64,000 bases of DNA from Chloroflexota bacterium (GTDB taxonomy: Bacteria > Chloroflexota > Dehalococcoidia > GIF9 > AB-539-J10), in contig JBBIMO010000002.1 of NCBI GenBank assembly GCA_037444365.1, forward strand, positions 7,871 to 71,870. The letters are read 5' to 3'. Numbering within the stretch: the first letter of the stretch is position 1; every line of letters begins with the position of its first letter. The notes under the pieces are model-generated. The model ran no database searches. It was not told the origin of the DNA and saw nothing but the letters and a program-made list of their open reading frames with translations. Below, piece after piece: positions 59,546-64,000 of the stretch. The position numbers and the translations under genes are program-made.

Positions 59546-60895
59546 GTGGAGAAGAAATTCGATGCATATATTGAGGCCAATGCAGGGCGGTTCATAGAGG
59601 AACTGAAGGGCTTTTGCCGTCAGCCAAGCATCGCTGCTCAGGGAATCGGATTGGAGGAGATGGCAGCGCTGGTGCACGCCAGACTGAAGAAGCTGGGGGC
59701 TAAGACCCGCTTGATGGCGGTGCAGGATGGCCCCCCTGTGGTCTATGGTGAAATGGGCGGTGGGCAGCGTACATTGCTCATCTATGATCACTATGACGTG
59801 CAACCACCGGATCCACTTGACCTCTGGAAGTCCAAACCCTTCGATCCTAAGGTTCGAGGGGGCAAGATCTACGCCCGAGGCGTAGCTGACAACAAGGGAA
59901 ACCTGTTGGCACGGGTGCAGGCAGTGGAAGCCTATTTGGCCACAGTAGGGAGACTGCCCCTCAAGATCAAGTGGGTTGTAGAGGGAGAGGAAGAAGTGGG
60001 TAGTCCTCATCTAGAGTCCTTCGCCGCGGAGCATGCTGCACTGCTGGCCGCCGATGGCTGCCTGTGGGAAGCGGGACAGAAGGACGAGAACGAGCGGCCA
60101 ACCATCTCACTCGGTGTCAAGGGCATCGCGTATCTCGAACTGAGGGCCAGCGGAGCCAGAAGCGATCTGCATTCGTCGCTGGCTACAATAGTACCCAATC
60201 CGGCATGGCGTCTTGTATGGGCTCTGTCCACTATTAAGGACGAAAACGACAACATTCTGGTTGATGACCTGATGGATCATGTAGCCAAGCCCACCGCTGC
60301 CGATATGCGGATGCTGGCTGCCATCCCCTTTGACGAAGAGAAGATGAAAGCAAGATTCGGCATCCCTCGTTTCATACGCGGCCTGACTGGTATAGAAGCT
60401 CTAAGGAAGCACCTCTTTGAGCCTACCTGCACTATCTGTGGTTTCAAGGCCGGTTACCTCGAGGAAGGGGCGAAGACCGTCCTGCCCAGCACGGCTACGG
60501 TTAAGCTGGACTTCCGCCTTGTACCGAATCTGGAGCCAGACCTGGTAGTCAAGCTGTTGCGTCGCCACCTCGACAGACGCGGTTTTGCAGATATCGAGAT
60601 AGTACCCACCCATGGGGGACACTCAGCCAAAACGCCGTCAAATGCCCCCATAGTGCGGGCAGCCATCGCCGCAGTCCGTGCCGCCTACGGCCAGGATCCA
60701 GTCGTCTATCCGCTGATGGCTGGCAGCGGTCCGATGTATCCTCTCACGCAAGCATTGGGGACGCCGGCTTTCTCCGCCGGGGTCGGCTACGCTGGCAGCA
60801 ATGTACATGCTCCCAATGAGAACATCCGTCTCAAGGACTACTTCGAGGGCATACGCTTCGTGGGGGAGCTCATTCGCTGCTTCGGTAGGGAATAG
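59546..60895 (+). CDS. M20-family metallopeptidase (dipeptidase/ArgE-DapE-like).
   Basis: It has YDHYDVQP...GVADNKG...EGEEEVGS metal-ligand motifs. A GTG start follows a GGGAGG RBS (the track ORF at 59435 is probably over-extended). Confidence 0.8.
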   Translation: MEKKFDAYIEANAGRFIEELKGFCRQPSIAAQGIGLEEMAALVHARLKKLGAKTRLMAVQDGPPVVYGEMGGGQRTLLIYDHYDVQPPDPLDLWKSKPFDPKVRGGKIYARGVADNKGNLLARVQAVEAYLATVGRLPLKIKWVVEGEEEVGSPHLESFAAEHAALLAADGCLWEAGQKDENERPTISLGVKGIAYLELRASGARSDLHSSLATIVPNPAWRLVWALSTIKDENDNILVDDLMDHVAKPTAADMRMLAAIPFDEEKMKARFGIPRFIRGLTGIEALRKHLFEPTCTICGFKAGYLEEGAKTVLPSTATVKLDFRLVPNLEPDLVVKLLRRHLDRRGFADIEIVPTHGGHSAKTPSNAPIVRAAIAAVRAAYGQDPVVYPLMAGSGPMYPLTQALGTPAFSAGVGYAGSNVHAPNENIRLKDYFEGIRFVGELIRCFGRE

Positions 60896-61086
60896 CGCAA
60901 CGCGGCGGAAACGCTCAACTTGGCACCTTCACTGCCTTGGATTCTCCGCACACTGCAGTGAAAGGCTCAGCGCATGTTCTGGCTACCTGCTCACATATTC
61001 GAAGTCACGGGAGTTCGTTTTGTGACCTCTTAACTCTGCAGAGTATCCGGGGCACCGCAGACAAATCATTTGAGCGAATACATATC

Positions 61087-61137
61087 TTGACAAAAGACAT
61101 GAGTTATATCACAATTGTTAGACATGTCTAACAATTG
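61087..61137 (+). promoter_or_regulatory. Promoter with a 26-bp perfect palindrome, probably a DtxR-family operator, overlapping its -10/+1 region.
   Basis: A -35 TTGACA is followed by a 17-nt spacer and CACAAT. The palindrome CAATTGTTAGACA|TGTCTAACAATTG (61112-61137) contains a TTAG...CTAA core that resembles iron boxes. Confidence 0.5.
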
Positions 61138-61149
61138 CAGGAGTGGGCA

Positions 61150-61647
61150 ATGGTAAAACAAGAGGCGCAAAAAGAGCAGACCGCCAGCATGGAGGATTAC
61201 CTTGAGGCGATAGCTAAGCTCGGGGAGGAAAAGAAGGTGGTGAAGGTGAAACAGCTCAGCCAAATGCTGGGAGTTAAGATGCCCAGTGTTACTTCTGCCT
61301 TGAAGAAACTCTCAGAGCAGGAGCTTGTGGTGCATGAGAGATATGGCCATATAAAGCTCACTCCCGAAGGTGATGAGCTTGCCCGTGATGTGATTTGCCG
61401 CCATGAAGCCTTGACGCGCTTTTTTGCGCAAGCTCTAGGCATTGACCGGGAGACCGCGGAAGAAGACGCCTGCAAAATTGAGCACCTCATCAGTCCCTTG
61501 AGTATGGAGAGGCTGACAAAGTTTGTGGAGTTTATGGAGGCCTGTCCCCTGGGAGGGGTCAATTTCCCCAGCAGGTATGAATACTATTTGGAGCACGGCG
61601 TGCTCCCTCAGGATTGTTCTGGAAGGCGTGTGAGGCAAAGAAAATAG
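61150..61647 (+). CDS. DtxR/MntR-family metal-dependent transcriptional repressor.
   Basis: It has a wHTH (KQLSQMLGVKMPSVTSALKKL) and a metal-binding/dimerisation region. An RBS (AGGAG) precedes the ATG. Confidence 0.8.
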   Translation: MVKQEAQKEQTASMEDYLEAIAKLGEEKKVVKVKQLSQMLGVKMPSVTSALKKLSEQELVVHERYGHIKLTPEGDELARDVICRHEALTRFFAQALGIDRETAEEDACKIEHLISPLSMERLTKFVEFMEACPLGGVNFPSRYEYYLEHGVLPQDCSGRRVRQRK

Positions 61648-61713
61648 AGACGGCAGGAAATTTGGCGTGTGCAAGTCAGACAGGGCTAGCTTATCGGAGT
61701 TAGGGGAGAAGCC

Positions 61714-61983
61714 ATGATGGCAAACAAGGACGAGCAATTAACTCTGGTCGAGATGAAGACCGGGCAGACAGGCACTGTGGTTGAGGTATTGGGGGGACGC
61801 GGCTTGATTCGGCGTCTGGATGCTTTGGGCATCAGACCAGGGAAGAAGGTGACCAAGATAAGTGCCACGCTATTCCATGGCCCGGTCACCATCAGGGTGG
61901 ACAATGCCCAGGTAGCTGTGGGTTTCGGCATGGCCCGGAAGATAATAGTTGAATTAGATAGATGTCTGCCTCGAACTTGCTGA
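61714..61983 (+). CDS. feoA: FeoA family protein.
   Basis: It is 89 aa with an SH3-like FeoA pattern (LTLVEMKTGQTGTVVEV...G.R.G). Confidence 0.8.
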   Translation: MMANKDEQLTLVEMKTGQTGTVVEVLGGRGLIRRLDALGIRPGKKVTKISATLFHGPVTIRVDNAQVAVGFGMARKIIVELDRCLPRTC

Positions 61984-61984
61984 G

Positions 61985-63700
61985 ATGATGCGCATCCTGC
62001 TTGTCGGTAACCCCAATGTGGGCAAGAGCGTCCTTTTCTCTCGACTAACCGGCACACGCATTATCGCTTCTAACTATCCCGGCACCAGTGTCGGGTTCAC
62101 CAAAGGGTATCTGAAGATGGGAGCAGGACAGGCTGAGGTCATTGATGTACCCGGCAGCTATACTCTTGAGCCAAGTTCCAGGGCAGAGGAAGTAGCTGTG
62201 GAAATGCTCAAAGAGGGAGACGTCATCATAAATGTCGTTGACGCCACCAATTTGGAGAGAAACCTCAATCTGACCCTGCAGTTGCTGGAACGACAGACTC
62301 CAGTAATAGTTGCCCTGAATCTGTGGGATGATACCCGGCACCGGGGCATAAGCATAGATGTTGCCAGATTGGAGGAGCTTCTCGGGGTGCCGGTTGTCCC
62401 CACAGCAGCCATTACCGGACAGGGAATCCATGAGTTAGTCATGCGTCTTCCCGAGGCGAGGGTGGCCAAAAACGCTCGCATTTTTCCCGATAGCGGCGAG
62501 CGATGGTTGAGAGTAGGCGACATTGTGAGCCAGGTGCAATCGCTGAGCCATCGTCACCATCGCTGGTACGAGCGTTTGGAGGACGCCAGTAGCCATCCGG
62601 TAGGTGGGATAATCGTCGCCCTGCTGGTCCTGTTTGCTACCTTCTGGTTTGTCCGGTTCGTTGGCGAGGGAATGATTAGCCATATAGCTGATCCTCTGTT
62701 CGAACGGGCATGGACACCGCTGCTAATGAAACTGAGCCTGGCTTTGGGACCAGAGAGTTTCTGGCACACTATCTTGATAGGGAAGCTTATCGGGGGAGAG
62801 CTTGACTATCTTCAGTCTTTCGGCTTGCTTAGCACTGGACTTTACATCGAGTTCGCAGTGGTGTTGCCCTATATCATCTCTTTCTATCTGGCGTTAGGCA
62901 TTCTGGAGGATGTTGGCTACCTGCCGCGACTGGCCGTGTTGATGGATACCATAATGCACCGCCTGGGGATGCATGGTTACGCAGTCATCCCCACTATTCT
63001 GGGCTTTGGGTGTAATGTGCCGGGCATCATGGCGACTCGTATCTTGGAGAGCCGTAAACAGAGATTCATTGCCGCGACTCTGATCTCTATCGGCGTTCCC
63101 TGTGCCGCCTTGCAGGCCATGGTAATTGGGCTGTTGGGGGAGCAAGGGATAGGATACGTAGCTATGGTGTATGCCAGCCTGTTCATATCCTGGGTTGTCA
63201 TAGGGCTCATCCTTAATCGCACTGTCAAAGGATTCAACCCGGAACTCCTGGTTGAGATTCCGCCTTATCGCCTGCCGCCATGGCGTGCCGTTGGCGAGAA
63301 GCTCTGGCTGCGTGTCTCTGCCTTTATCAAAGAAGCTTTGCCCATAGTGCTAGGTGCCGTGGTGGTGGTGAACATCCTGTATACTGTTGGGGTCTTTGAT
63401 GCCATTGCCGATGTCGCCGCCCCAGTATTGACCGGGCTGTGGGGGTTGCCTAAGGAGTCAGTGGTTGCCATACTAGTAGGTTTTCTGCGCAAAGACGTGG
63501 CTATGGGCATGCTGGCTGCCCTGGACCTGACGGCCAGGCAACTGGTTATCAGCAGCACGGTCCTGGCTATGTCTTTCCCGTGCGTAGCTACCTTGGTGAT
63601 ACTGGCTCGGGAGCTGGGCGTGAGAGACCTGCTTAAGGCTATCGGAGTGATGGTAGCAGCAGTATTGATAATGGGTAGACTGCAGAACCTGATTCTCTAG
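61985..63700 (+). CDS. feoB: Ferrous iron transport protein B (short form, about 571 aa).
   Basis: It has an N-terminal G-domain (LVGNPNVGKSVLFSRLTG) followed by a polytopic gate-motif membrane domain. Confidence 0.85.
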   Translation: MMRILLVGNPNVGKSVLFSRLTGTRIIASNYPGTSVGFTKGYLKMGAGQAEVIDVPGSYTLEPSSRAEEVAVEMLKEGDVIINVVDATNLERNLNLTLQLLERQTPVIVALNLWDDTRHRGISIDVARLEELLGVPVVPTAAITGQGIHELVMRLPEARVAKNARIFPDSGERWLRVGDIVSQVQSLSHRHHRWYERLEDASSHPVGGIIVALLVLFATFWFVRFVGEGMISHIADPLFERAWTPLLMKLSLALGPESFWHTILIGKLIGGELDYLQSFGLLSTGLYIEFAVVLPYIISFYLALGILEDVGYLPRLAVLMDTIMHRLGMHGYAVIPTILGFGCNVPGIMATRILESRKQRFIAATLISIGVPCAALQAMVIGLLGEQGIGYVAMVYASLFISWVVIGLILNRTVKGFNPELLVEIPPYRLPPWRAVGEKLWLRVSAFIKEALPIVLGAVVVVNILYTVGVFDAIADVAAPVLTGLWGLPKESVVAILVGFLRKDVAMGMLAALDLTARQLVISSTVLAMSFPCVATLVILARELGVRDLLKAIGVMVAAVLIMGRLQNLIL

Positions 63701-63716
63701 AGTGGGATTCAGAGGC

Positions 63717-64000
63717 TCATCTGGCGGGCAACAGCTCTTTCAAAATCCGCGAGACGTCTTTGACAACCAGCTTATCATCCAGGTTTTCCGACTTCACAGC
63801 ATCGGTGAGCATCGTCAGGCAACTGGGACAGGCGACTGCCAGAGTATCGGCTCCGATTTCGTAGGCTTCTCTGGCTCTGATTCGTGCCGGGCTGTCGGCA
63901 CTGCCAGCCAGAAGGTCGGTAACGAAATTGCCACTGCCGCCGCCACAGCAAAAAGCATCCTTTCTGCTCCGCTCCATCTCCACCAGCTCAATGCCGGGAA
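63717..64000 (-). CDS. C-terminal part of a CCG-domain (Cys-rich, HdrD/GlcF/LutA-like) Fe-S oxidoreductase. The gene continues beyond the window.
   Basis: It has CCGGGSG and CPSCLTM motifs. The frame is open to the window edge. Confidence 0.5.
   Translation of the reverse strand, partial: PGIELVEMERSRKDAFCCGGGSGNFVTDLLAGSADSPARIRAREAYEIGADTLAVACPSCLTMLTDAVKSENLDDKLVVKDVSRILKELLPAR

Overview
This 64-kb window looks like chromosomal DNA from an anaerobic bacterium (about 53-55 % GC, many 4-bp gene overlaps). The composition is Chloroflexi/Dehalococcoidia-like, but I did not verify this. Coding density is high and mostly housekeeping. I call 61 CDSs, five complete tRNAs, a few promoter/operator/hairpin sites, one tandem repeat and one tRNA-like fragment. 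I found no CRISPR array, integrase, transposase or other obvious mobile element.

Recognised housekeeping genes:
- speE and speH (polyamine synthesis), lysS and serS (aminoacyl-tRNA synthetases)
- rnhB, yraN, mnmA, tmk, pdxS, rsmG, folE, thrC
- tRNA-Pro(GGG), tandem tRNA-Ser(GGA) and tRNA-Ser(CGA), tRNA-Arg(CCG), tRNA-Pro(TGG)

Loci that stand out:
1. A one-strand block from 32774 to 47565 that appears to be a one-carbon (C1) metabolism module. It starts with a folate-dependent histidine-utilisation operon (hutH, glutamate formimidoyltransferase, formimino-THF cyclodeaminase, hutU, hutI) that has no hutG. Further along the same strand (upstream of hutH) is an operon encoding an FdhF-like molybdopterin subunit, a NuoE-like subunit, a roughly 1030-aa NuoF-like flavoprotein fused to a GltD/NfnB-like domain, then MetV and MetF. 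I read this as a possible flavin-based, perhaps electron-bifurcating, methylene-THF reductase complex. The 'formate dehydrogenase' subunit lacks the canonical Sec/Cys-His motif. A GAF histidine kinase, a NarL-type regulator and a tandem-receiver protein sit at the start of the operon (higher coordinates).
2. A cell-surface cluster at 1-4968. It holds a GLUG-repeat lipoprotein flanked by two DUF5667 paralogs, a DUF4382 lipoprotein and a transglutaminase-like cysteine protease.
3. A co-transcribed set rsmG, DUF5320-like small protein, prenyltransferase-like toroid protein and TylF-like methyltransferase, next to a secreted cysteine-peptidase-like lipoprotein.
4. A 26-bp perfect palindrome in the promoter of a dtxR-feoA-feoB operon.
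5. A 750-bp non-coding gap (38800-39547) containing a degenerate tRNA-like T-arm.

I also call a fused porGD-porA-porB 2-oxoacid:ferredoxin oxidoreductase and an AbrB-family regulator with a near-consensus promoter upstream of a MacAB-type efflux system. All similarity statements come from motif recognition by eye, not from database searches.
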